NCBI RefSeq assembly: GCF_006345805.1
Contig: NC_043010.1
Span: 20,398,001 to 20,462,000 of the forward strand
Direction of reading: 5' to 3'
Length of the DNA: 64,000 bases
Origin: Octopus sinensis
Lineage: Eukaryota
Of the stretch, positions 52,246 through 64,000 are shown one piece after another. The notes below the pieces were generated by a model that was given only the letters and a program-made list of their open reading frames with translations, ran no database searches and was not told the DNA's origin. Every line of letters begins with the position of its first letter. Within the stretch, counting starts at the first letter, position 1. The position numbers were made by a program, and so were the translations under genes.

Positions 52246-53304
52246 TGTAAGCATAGCCTTATTGAACCATTTAAATTTGTACAGCAGAGCATATCAGTGA
52301 TAGGAAATGCACCGTAAATAATAGCATTCTTTTCAGAGAGTAAACAAAAGAAAATATTTAATTCTCTCTCTACCAGTTATATAAGTTTGTATACATATAC
52401 AGACATGGCTGTGGTAAGAAGCTTGCTTCCCAACCACATGGTTCCGGGTTCAGTCTTACTGCATGGCCCCTTGGGTAAGACTCTTCTGCTATAGTGTCAG
52501 GCCAACCAAAACCTTGTGAGTGGATTTGGTTGATGGAAACTGAAAAGAAGCCTGTCATGTATATGTGTGTGTGTCTGTATTTGACCCCCCCCTCACCATC
52601 GTTTGACAACTGATGTTGGTGTGTTTATGTCCCTATAACTTGCAAACAGATACCTATAGAATAAGTTCTTGGGTTGAATTGTTTGCCTAAAGGTGGTGCT
52701 CCAGCATGGCTGCAGTCAAGTAAAAAAATAAAAGAACATACACACAAACATACATATACAGGAGTGGCTGTGTGGTAAGTAGCTTGCTTATGAACAACAT
52801 GGTTCCAGGTTCATTCCCACTGCATGGTACCTTTATATGTATATGCATGTGTGTGTTTATGTATTTGTGTTTGTCCCCCCAACATTGCTTGACAACCGAT
52901 GCTGGTGTGTTTACAGCCCCATAACTTAGCGGTTCGGCAAGAAAGACCGATAGAATAAGTACTAGGCTTACAAAGAATAAGTCCTGGGGTCGATTTGCTT
53001 GACTAAAGGTAGTGCTCCAGCATGGCTACAGTCAAATGACTGAAACAAGTAAAAGAGTATTTCTTCTAAACTATGTCATTGTATGAAAAAAATTTATAAC
53101 ATTCTTCAGACATATTGACTCAAATATATATTTTTTAACCTTTTAAAACAAGCCTTCTGTAGTTTTTTCACTTTTTACTATTTTCTATATATATATATAT
53201 ACTCTTATTTACTCTTATTATTATATTATAGAAATTATTTACTCTTATTATTATATATATATATCATATATATATATATACATACATTTATATATTGTTA
53301 AAGC

Positions 53305-53520
53305 GGACAACAAACATTAAGGCAAGGCAAACATCTCAAGTCATATGCATTATTATTATTGGGAAAAATTCAAAGTCTTACAGCTGTTTCTGGGATATCC
53401 AATGATGGAATGTCCCATACTCTGGAATACTCCAGAAACAGCTGTAAGACTTTGAATTTTTCTCAATAATAATAATGCATATGACTTGAGATGCTTGTCT
53501 TGCCTTAACGTTTATTGTCC
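53305..53520. repeat. Fold-back (89-bp arms, 38-nt spacer) carrying the 3' half of a hammerhead motif on each arm
   Basis: 53305-53393 is the reverse complement of 53432-53520. The right arm and adjacent spacer read UGGA(AUAC)UCCA-GAAA-CAGCUG-UA-AGAC. Confidence 0.85.
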
Positions 53521-54273
53521 TTTTTAAGAGTTATATATCTGCTATATCGGAAATCTGCAATGGCTCCATAACTCTCGTCTTGGCTATAATCTTGGAGTCC
53601 TAGAAATCCACTACAGACTTATCCAGCGTACCTAGTCATTTAGATCACTTGTGAACTAAACCCCCACATTTTGTATATATGTACGTGTGTGTGTGTGGGT
53701 GTGTGAGTGTGTGTGTATGTGTATATATATATCATCATCATCATCATCATCGTTTAATGCCCATCTTCCCTGTATGCATGAATAGGATGGTTGACAGTAG
53801 TCGGCCAGGTAGGAAAACTACCCTAGGCTTACTGTGTCTGTTTTGGCAGGAATTTTATGGCTGGTTGCCCTCCCTAACACCAACCACTCTGAAGAGTGGA
53901 CTCAGTGCTTTTTACATGGCACTAGCACAGGAGAACAGGGCAACCAACTAACTCACAAGACAAGGAATTATGAGAGGGGTAGGGGAATTTGAGGAGGGGA
54001 ACTTGTGTCAGAATATGAAAGGTTAGAGTGTGACAGAGAGAGACAGAAGCAGGCCAGAAAGAAGTGTTCTGATGTAAAGGTGACACTTGGTTACTTAGTC
54101 AGAGGAAAAACAAGAGAGAGAGAGAGAGAGTAGGAAACAGCAAAAGTAGAAGAGAGGGAGCAGAAGAGAGACAGTGTAGTGCAAGGTTATACTCACGAGT
54201 AACAAGAATTTGAGCGTAGAACCTGGTTAGAAAAATAGGGAGTGGGTGTGGGTGGTGGAGGTGTGGGGAGCAG

Positions 54274-54310
<37 letters not shown>

Positions 54311-54587
54311 TAAATAAGTGTGTGTAAGTTGTGCATATTTATGTATAAATATATAATTCCTTATTTTGGAACAGTGAATCTTGAAGTAGATAAAGCTATA
54401 AATAATAACATGTACATATTGGAGTAAAAAATCCTTTTGGTGAGAAAAATTTGAAAGTAGCCAAAAAGTTTTTCTGACACAATTTTTAAATGCTACCATT
54501 TATGACTTTATCCACTTTGAGCTACACTATCGCCCACAAAATTATACATTTTCAAAATTCTTATAATGTCAATAATATATATATGTA

Positions 54588-54674
<87 letters not shown>

Positions 54675-55060
54675 TCCAACCCATGCTAGCATGGAAAGCG
54701 GATGCTAAACGATGATGATGATGATGTATATATATATATATATAGTTAATCCAAACATGAACAAAGAGAAAACACAACAACGTGAGGACGTGGAAGAGAA
54801 AGTGTGGCAATAGAAGGAGTGAAGCAGTTGAAATTAGAGAGGCAAATTGTAAAATATTTAGTTTTCTCGAATTTTTGCTTTATTGGGGGTCAAATTGAAA
54901 AAAACTTTATATGCCATGACCCAATGGAATCTACTTTGAAAAATCATAGGTAAATTCCAATTGAAGAAATTCTATATTGTACAATTGTATTAAAAACAAA
55001 CTATGTGAGAGGCAGAGAAAATCTGCCTTTTATCATAAGAGATATATAATGAAATATATT

Positions 55061-55116
<56 letters not shown>

Positions 55117-58040
55117 AATGAAATAAAATATTTACCTTGTTGATCAATGTTGACCAATTATGCTTGTGCTAATTTTGACTAAGAAGTAAGTAATAATGTT
55201 ATAATTTCAAGCTATCAAATGAAGTTTTCATTCCATGTTACTAGGAGAAAGGATATTTTGTGTGTGTATGTATAGTTATATGTGTGGTGTGGTGTGTGTG
55301 TGTGTGCACATACACGTGTGTGTATGCATGTGTATATTGTTTTATGTTTTAGAAATATTTCATTACCACATGATGAGAGAATATTAATTATCCTAAAACA
55401 AGTACAATATAATGATAAACCTCAATTGTCTGGGCAGGTGCAGTTTGATTGTTGGGGTTGGCCTGGGTGTCTGGGAGTTTGAATGGCAGAAAAGTAGGAG
55501 GGGTGGTGGAAGACGGCTGTGGAGAGGAGATTGCAGGCGGGGGAGAGGGGACATGCGGTGTATGTTAACCCTTTAGTATTTGAAGCAGCAACTTCCGGCC
55601 AAAATATTCAATGTTCAAACTGAGGCAGAGATCTGTCTCTCACACTTGCCCTCTTGCATCATTTTAAGACTAAAGAATTACACCATTCATATCTCAAAGC
55701 TAGAAGGTGATGCATGATTAATTGAAAACAACGTGAATAAATAAGCATTACATTTGAGAGAGTAATCTGAATTCTATTGGTTGAAATAAGTCAGCTGACT
55801 TGACCTGACCTCATTTGTTAACTGGTTCATAGAAATGCTGATACAAGATACAAGACACAAGAACACGTGGTTGGTGTTTGTTTTGAGTATCTGTAGGTTG
55901 TTGTTTAACACCAGGCTAACTTTGTCTGCCCTGTGGCAGACCTATTGGGCCTAGCAGCTGTGACTGTTTCTAAGCATTATTGAAACATATTGTATCTCAG
56001 ACAAATTCGCAGCAGATTCATCTTCTGCTTAACCCCTATAATAACAAGGAATGGCAAGGGTTAAGGGCTGGGGAAAACGAAATGCTCAAAGAATGTTAAG
56101 ATTTACCAGAAACTGTTTGTGTATGAATGGTGAAATCCAACCTTTTACAGGGAGTTGGTATATATTCTTTTACCTGGGTAGAAAACAGTCCAACCTTCTT
56201 GCTTGGAACAGGCCCTCAAAGTAAGGTAGGCTTTATTATAATTAGTAGAAACCTTTGTCATTATTTTAGCTGTGGTGACCACATCTGTGGTGATGCTGTG
56301 TGAGAAGAACTGGTGCTGGTACCACATTAAATGCACTGGTGATGGTGCAAATACGTTGGTGTTGATCTGATATAAAAAGCATCTAGTACATTCTATAAAT
56401 TGGTTGGCATTAGGAAGGGCACCCAGCTGTATAGACAATGACAAATCTGATGATGGAATCTGGTGCAGCTGTTGGCCCTGCCAGCTCCTGTCAAACTGTC
56501 CAGCCCATGTCAGAAAGGAAAGCAGACATTAAACGAGGATGATGATCATATAATGGCCATACCTGACTAGGGACCTAGGTCTGGCTGGCTCTGATTGTCA
56601 GCATCTCTATGGGTCCTTGTCCTGGGTTACCAATTCCTAGCAAAAACCCTTGAAATACCAAGTTGACATCTGGTGGGGGTTAGTTATGTCTCACAGGAAG
56701 GTGATGAGATCTTTAGCTTTGGTAGACAATCATGTTAAAGATGGATTTCAACAAAAACTCTGGTTGATAGAGAAACTCAGACCACTTTGCAATGGTGGTT
56801 AAGTAGTGGTTGTCAGTACCTGGCACCAGGCAAGAATTATAGGGAAGATGTGCTATTTTAAAAAAAATTTTTATCATAACTTTATTTATATTTTTGTTTT
56901 GAATGTTTGCACCCAGAGAAACCACTTCTGTTACCCCCATCCACATTAAGTCACTTCACCTTTTAATGTCATTTTCCATACTGGCATGAATTGGATGGTT
57001 TGACAGGAACTGGGAAGCCAGAGGACTGTGCCAAGCTCCATGGTCTTTTTTGGCATGGTTCTTATGATTGGCTGCCCTTCCTAATGCCAACCACTTTATG
57101 GAGTGTATTGGGTGCTTTTATGTAGGACCAGCATCAGTGCTTTTTACATGGCATCAGCACCAGCGTTTATTAAATGTGGCCCCAGCACCAGTGCTTTTCA
57201 TGTGAGACAAACATCAGTGCTTCTTAAATGGCACCAACACCAACGTTTTTTATGTGGGACCAGCGCCAGTGTTTTTCATGTTGAACTAGCATGGATGCTT
57301 TATATGTGATGTCAGCATGGGTATTTTATACGTGACACCAACACCAGTACTTTTTACATGGAACCAGCTTGGGCGCTTATGTTACATCAGCTCGGGTGTC
57401 ATTTACATGACTAATAAATTGCTTAAAAGTTCAAAATTCCTCAGAGAACCATAGTTAACAGTAGAATTACGACATTTGATTCAGCTCCCATCACATCACA
57501 TCCAACTTCAGAGCTTGTTAACCTTGGTGATGCAGTGCACAGTCATGAGATAAAGATGGGGGAGATTGTCAAGTGAATGACTGATGACAGTTTCACTACT
57601 GAAAGAAGCAGGAGCAGTGTAATATTGACGAGTGCGTCTCATCAGCTTAGATTACACTACTGGAATGAATTAGATGCTAATGGAGCTTGAAGTTTCTTAC
57701 AAAAGTTGCATTTATTAAGGAGTGCAGAGTAAGGTGGGGGTAATGAAAACTAATTTGAAATGCTTCTGAAGTAACAACAACACCCAAAGCAAGATCAACA
57801 ACATGGGCAGTTACAACAAAAGCGGGAGACTTTTTTTTGTCCTGTTTGAGTAGATTTTAAATGTTCGTAAATTGTATATGGTGTAAATGAATGGTTCTAA
57901 TTAACATTCAATTATCATTTTAAACTTCCATCTCAGAGAATCTGTTTTTTCTTTCTCATGTTCATCTTTCCTTTCTTCCCTTTCTCTCTCTCTCTCTCTC
58001 TCTCCCTCTCTCTGTATAGTGCATGTGTTTATGTATATAT

Positions 58041-58348
58041 ATCACGTGATCACGTGACCGACCAGGCTATCAGATGTTGCTACACATCGCTGGTCACAAT
58101 GCGCTTCGCATTGTTTTAGCCTTCGAATGACGCCACTCTGCTGGCTAAGCGAGCAGGCCAACAGAAGAAAGAGTGAGAGAAAGTTGTGGCGAAAGAGTAG
58201 AGCAGAGATCACCACCACTCCCTGCCGGAGCCTCATGAAGCTTTAGGTGTTTTCGCTCAATAAACTCTCACAATACCTGGTCTGGAAAGCGAAACTGCGA
58301 TCCTACGACCGCGAGTTTGCTGCCCTAACCACTGGGCCATTGCACCTC

Positions 58349-58349
<1 letters not shown>
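58041..58349 (-). mobile_element. tRNA-derived SINE, family D (full length)
   Basis: Head GGAGGTGCAATGGCCCAGTGGTTAGGGCAGC.. with A-box at 58339-58329 and a degenerate B-box GTTTCGCTTTCC. Tail is (CACGTGAT)2. Confidence 0.75.
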
Positions 58350-58382
<33 letters not shown>

Positions 58383-60043
58383 AAAATATCTGTAAGTACA
58401 TATATATATCATCATCATCATCATTGTTTAACGTCCGTTTTCCATGTTGGCATGGGTTAGACAGTTGGACTGGAGACTGGCAAGCCAGTAGGCTGTGCCA
58501 GGCTCCAATCTGATCTGGTAATGTTTCTACAGCTGGATGCCCTTCCTAATGCCAACCACTCCAAGAGTGTAGCGAAAATTTTTTAACTAGATCTCTTGTA
58601 ATTTCTAGAAGAGATTTGAAGCCACCACCTATGGGTTACATGACTACTTCTCAACACCCATGCCTACTGGGTCACACACACACACATATTAAGATTCCTG
58701 GCTAAGTAAAAGCATGGCTGCCCTTGCATACAGGCATGTGCCCTGCAATGCTCGCCAGCTTAGCATCCCTAATCTTGCAGACTCGTAGGAGTTGGCGCCA
58801 CGTAAGAAGCGCTTTTGCTGGTGCTGCATAAAAGCAGTCAGTACACTCTGTAAAGTGGTTGGTGTTAGTTAGGAAGGACATCTAGCAATGGAAACCATGC
58901 CTGAACAGCCCTTCAGCTGGTCAGCTGCTGTCAAGTAATCCAACCCATACCAGCATGGAAAACCGACGTTAAATGATGATGTTGACGATAATATATATAT
59001 ATATATATATATATAAAGATATTCTAGGCCTGAAGAGAAGCCTGCAGTATACACCTTGCCTGGATATTTACCACTTCTGAGGTTCCGCTCGCTATGAAAC
59101 ATGTGGCTGGGATCTTATCTATTCTGTTCCTTAACTCTTGTATTCTTATTCGCACACCTGGCAAACCCAGTCACCAACCATGAAATATAAAAATAACTTT
59201 TTCCAGTTTATTGTACTTTGATACGTAAAACTTCCACAACCTTCCATCTCAATGAACCACTATTGTCCCTGGAAATTGTTTTTTTTATATTTACTATGGA
59301 TTGCTTGAAGCTAACTTTCTTCCTACACATCGATCCCTAGATCTTACATTTTTATATATATGTATACATATATACACACATATATATATAACGGGAAGGT
59401 TTACGAAAATAAACAAAAGACGAAAGCAGGTATATATATATAAATAAAATAATAATAATAATAATAATAATAGTAGTAGGGAATATAATTCTAAACTTAC
59501 AGGAAAAATTCAATTGAGCAATTCTAAATCAAATTTCACAATACATATATATATATCAAATACAAAATGGGACAAGAACGCAAAACATCCGGACAACTAG
59601 GTGATACAAAAAGGGACAACAAAACATCCAGATAGACGATACAAAAAAACAAGGACGGGTCATTCGAAGCTTTCTATCCTCAGTCAAGAACCGGATCATC
59701 CTCGCAATTTCGGCTGATTAATCTTGAGATTGCTCCAATCTGGCCAGCCCCAAGGAAAAACTAAGCTAAAAGCATTAGATTCCTTGGAAGAAAGAATGTA
59801 TACGAAAACAAGGATGGAAAAACAGACAATGTTACACGAATATAAATATAAAATACAATAAAAATAATAATAATAACAGGACATAACAACAGGTGTCTTT
59901 CGACTGGGAACAAATTGAATTCAGCTGGCATGTGTGGAAATGAAGCCTTACGGCAGAGATACAAAGCTTTCACAAACACAGGGAAGAATATCGATGTGGC
60001 AGTGACCACAGTCAGACGCAAAAAGAGGGCTAGCAGTCTGGCC

Positions 60044-60312
60044 ATATAATTTAGAGAAAAACCTCTATTAAGCAAATCAATAGTGAAAGACGTTATTCAC
60101 ACCATATAGAAAAAATAAATATATTATAAAAACCTTATTCTAAAAATCAATAAAGTATATAAACAATAAATAGTAAATACTAATATTTACTATTTATTGT
60201 TTATTTACTTTATTGATTTTTAGAATAATGTTTTTATAATATATTTATTTTTTCTATATGGTGTGAATAACGTCTTTCACTATTGATTTGCTTTGTAGAG
60301 GCTTTTCCCTAA

Positions 60313-60319
<7 letters not shown>
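60044..60319. repeat. Near-perfect palindrome, 136-bp arms, 4-nt loop
   Basis: Positions pair symmetrically about 60180-60183. Confidence 0.95.
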
Positions 60320-60354
<35 letters not shown>

Positions 60355-60707
60355 TGTAGGAGTCGCTATGTGGTAAGTAGCTTGCTTATCAACCACATGG
60401 TTCCGGGTTCAGTCCCACTGCAAGGCACATCAGGCAAGTGTCTTCTACCATAAGCCATGAGAGTAGATTTGGTAGATGGAAACTGAAAGACGCCCGTCGT
60501 ATATATATGTGTGTCACCCCCCCCCCCCCCGACATCACTTGACTACCAATGCTGGTGTGTTTACGTCCTCATAACTTTGTGGTTCGGCAATAAGAGACTG
60601 ATAGAATAAGTACTAAGCTTACAAAGAATAAGTCCTGGGGTCGATTTGCTCAACTAAAGGTGCTGCTCCAGCATGGCCGCAGTCAAATGACTGAAATGAA
60701 TAAAAGA

Positions 60708-60750
<43 letters not shown>

Positions 60751-61470
60751 AACCTCTGTTGATTCTCTAGAAGCAATAAATTATAGGACTCAATACAAAT
60801 GTAGAGTGTTCTTTAATACATTACAACTGTGAGGCTCTGATTTCTGATCCTCAACTGATAAACAGACCCTGGTTTTCTGTTCAAGTATTTACTGCCTGAA
60901 TATCTTTTGAAACATGAAATGAAAATCTTAAGGAAACACTCATGTTCTTTTGTTTACAAATCATTGTAAACAACATCTGCTTCAAGCTGATGCCTTTAAC
61001 TTCATTTCTGGTTGTCGTGGTAATATTATGATAAAAATCATAAATGCCATACAATTGGTTCATTGTATTCTGTAACTAATAAATTGTCCTTGGAATTCCA
61101 GTTTGTATGAATAATTTCCTGTAAAGGGAACTGCTCACTTATATATACACTCTCTCAATTTGTATTTGCAGGAGTGCTGAGGATGCAGCTTGGATTTCTA
61201 AATCAACTTTTTGTCTGCTGTATATACATACATAAATACATACATATTTTTTAAAATTTGTTTCAGTCATTTGACTGTGGCCATGCTGAAGCACCGCCTT
61301 TAGTCAAACAAATCAACTTCAGGACTTATTCTTTGTAAGCTTATGCTCTCTGTCTCTTTTGCCAAACTGCTAAGTTATGGGGATGTAAACACACCAACAC
61401 CAGTTAAGTGATGATGGGGGGACAAACACAGACACACAAACGTATATATATATATATATATATATAAATT

Positions 61471-61737
61471 AGAAAAAAACACCTTTTATCAATTCAATAA
61501 TGAAAAATTAAATTATACCATTTAGAAAAAAATTACATATTGTAGAAAGATTAAATATAAGATAAAACATATAACAATGATTAAGTAATGCGCAAAATAA
61601 TAAATTATTATTTTGCACATTACTTAATCATCATTATATGTTTTATCTTATATTTAATCTTTCTACAATATGTAATTTTTTTCTAAATGGTATAGTTTAA
61701 TTTTTCATTATTGAATTGATAAAAGGTGTTTTTTTCT
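61471..61737. repeat. Near-perfect palindrome, 133-bp arms, 1-nt centre
   Basis: Symmetric about 61604 and flanked by (TA)n on both sides. Confidence 0.95.
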
Positions 61738-61738
61738 C

Positions 61739-61769
<31 letters not shown>

Positions 61770-61848
61770 CTATATTTTGTGAAATTTGATTTAGTATTTC
61801 TAAATTGAATTTTTCCCTGTAAGTTTGGAATAATATTCCCTCATATTA

Positions 61849-61887
<39 letters not shown>

Positions 61888-61889
<2 letters not shown>

Positions 61890-62355
61890 GAGTGAGAGAG
61901 CAGTTCATGCCATCAAAGTGACACTGGGGTAAAATATACGAAGCCCAATATACCCATCATGACTACCCGTCTGATAAAGGTACACCAGGCACATGCATCA
62001 CAACCATATGTGCGTGACATAGTGATCTCATATCAAGATAAACAGCACATGACCTTGCAGGTGGGGCCCAGTTAGAATTTTCTTCAGGTTGAGTAGCCCA
62101 TCCCGCTCAAACGGTCCCTGAATAAGGGTTGTTTAAGGATGTTGAAAGAACCACCCATGTTTCCAGAGGTGAACTATTCAAACCCCAAAGAATCCCTCTC
62201 AACACATGGCTATGATGCTCCCCCACTACTTCTGCTTGTGATCAGAGATGCACATATCGTCAGCCACTAAGGGACATGCTCAACTGGTTATGGTCAAACA
62301 ACTGACAAGCAAATCTGTGGTATTGAGCAGAATATTTGCTGTAGCCCATCTTTTT
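61888..62355 (-). mobile_element. Probable retroposon 3' region ending in an (AAT)n tail
   Basis: Minus strand ends ..CTCTCTCACTCAATAATAATAAT, a LINE/SINE-like tail. Family not assigned. Confidence 0.45.
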
Positions 62356-62356
62356 A

Positions 62357-62387
<31 letters not shown>

Positions 62388-62388
62388 T

Positions 62389-62423
<35 letters not shown>

Positions 62424-62577
62424 CAAGCTTCTTTCAGTTTCCATCTACCAAATCCACTCACAAGGCTTTGGTCAGCCTGAAGCTATAGTAGGATACACTT
62501 GCACAAGGTACCGTGCAGTGGTACTGAACCGGGAACCAGGTGGTTGGTAAGCAAGCTACTTACCACACAGCCACTAT

Positions 62578-62622
<45 letters not shown>

Positions 62623-62799
62623 CTTGTATATGGTGTGTTATGAGAATTTATGGAGAGGTATCCCATAGAACTCAACAAATTTGTTAAAAATGGAGAAGAG
62701 AAGATGTTAAAATTTGCAAGAATTTTAATACATACATACAATCTTTTCAAACAGCGAAATTAACATGCAAATTCATGGTATATTTGATTAAATTATAAT

Positions 62800-63045
62800 A
62801 ATTACAAATCACTGTTCTCCTCAGTGCAAGAAGTATAAGCAAAAAATTATTATTACAGAGGACTTGATGAAGGGAATAGCAGAGAACAAATTTGGACATA
62901 AATATTTATCCTTATGAAAATTGAGAGCATCATAAAGATAAATATGTATGTCTGAATTTGTTCTCTTCTATTTCTTTCATCATGTCCTCTGTAATAATAA
63001 TTTTTTGCTTATACTTCTTGCACTGAGAAGAGTGATATGTAATTA
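62800..63045. repeat. Fold-back, ~118-bp arms, 12-nt loop
   Basis: 62821-62863 pairs perfectly with 62984-63026, and 62902-62917 pairs with 62930-62945. Confidence 0.92.
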
Positions 63046-64000
63046 ATTTAATTTAATCAAATTAATTTATTTATTCTACCATGATCCGCTGTTCTTGAGG
63101 AGACCTACTGAGTCAAGTACATCAACATCAAAATAAAAATTCAAAAGGAAATTGTAGTTAAGACACCCGTACCGGTGACACGTAAAAAGCACTGTTCGAA
63201 CATGGCAGATGCCAGCACCGCCTGACTGGCGTCCGTGTCGGTGACATGTAAAAGCACCAACCTATTGTGGCTGTTTGCCAGCCTGCTCTGGCCCCTGTGC
63301 CGGTGGCATGTAAAAAACACCTACTACACTCACGGAGTGGTTGGTGCTAGGAAGGGCATCCAGCTGTAGAAACACTGCCAAATCAGACTAGAACCTGGTG
63401 CAGCCTCCATGGCTTACCAGACCCCAGTAGAACTGTCCAACCCATGCTAGCATGGAAAACGGATGTTAAATGATGATGATGATGATGAATTTACATCTTA
63501 ATCTATGGGATACCTTTCTATAAATTCTCATAATACACCATATACAAGTAACATTTTTACATTCGCAAACTTATGCCAGTAAGCTACCAACAAAATATGA
63601 AGAATCTTTATTAGAAATCCCGTTTTTGGAACCCCCCAAAGTAAAGGATGAAATATAATTCAACCTTTTTACACACATATATATATATATATATCTACTA
63701 CATTTGTGGCTGTGTGGTTACAAAGCTTGCTTCTTGCTGCAAAGCACCTTGGGCAAGTGTTTTCTATTGTAACACCAGGCCTTGGGTGTGGATTTGGTAG
63801 ATGGAAACTGAAAGAAGCCTATCACATACATATGTGTGTGTGTGCGTGTATGTATCTGAGTTTGTGTTTGGGTTGTTTGTTTCCCTACCCCTCCCACCAT
63901 CACTTGACAACTAGTGTTGGTTTCTTCACATCCTTATAACTTAGCAGTTTGACCAACGAAACTGATAGAATAAGTGCCAAACTTAACAGGAAAAAAAAAG

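Noticed and set aside
57581-57645. Two CTGATGA motifs each followed by a small hairpin
   Set aside because: Neither completes the GAAA, stem III, NUH and stem I arrangement; likely chance.
59700-59760. Minus-strand GGCUG..CAGCC-GAAA hairpin (sister fragment at ~4110)
   Set aside because: No CUGANGA upstream and no NUH after stem III in either copy.

Overview
AT-rich, microsatellite-dense animal genomic DNA with a 100-N scaffold gap at 8015-8114. The SINE/RTE repeat families look like those of Octopus, which is my recollection and not a database check. No host protein-coding gene can be confidently called: most ORF-track hits are translated microsatellites, and only a few weak isolated exon candidates exist. 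The window is a graveyard of transposable elements: a full-length IR/DR Tc1 (DD34E, inactivated), two degenerate mariners, a DD41D-like deletion derivative, piggyBac-like and Merlin-like MITEs, RTE, L1/Tx1 and RLE-type LINE remnants, and dozens of tRNA-derived SINE copies. The most notable signal is at least five sequence-unrelated families of minimal type-I hammerhead ribozyme motifs (3441, 6478/6600/19436, 21050, 28645/28799, and a half motif at 53423). All have a palindromic stem III, the architecture known from Penelope-like elements. Three families sit in head-to-head fold-back duplications and one copy sits inside a tRNA-headed SINE. Several more long, near-perfect palindromes without ribozyme cores are also present.
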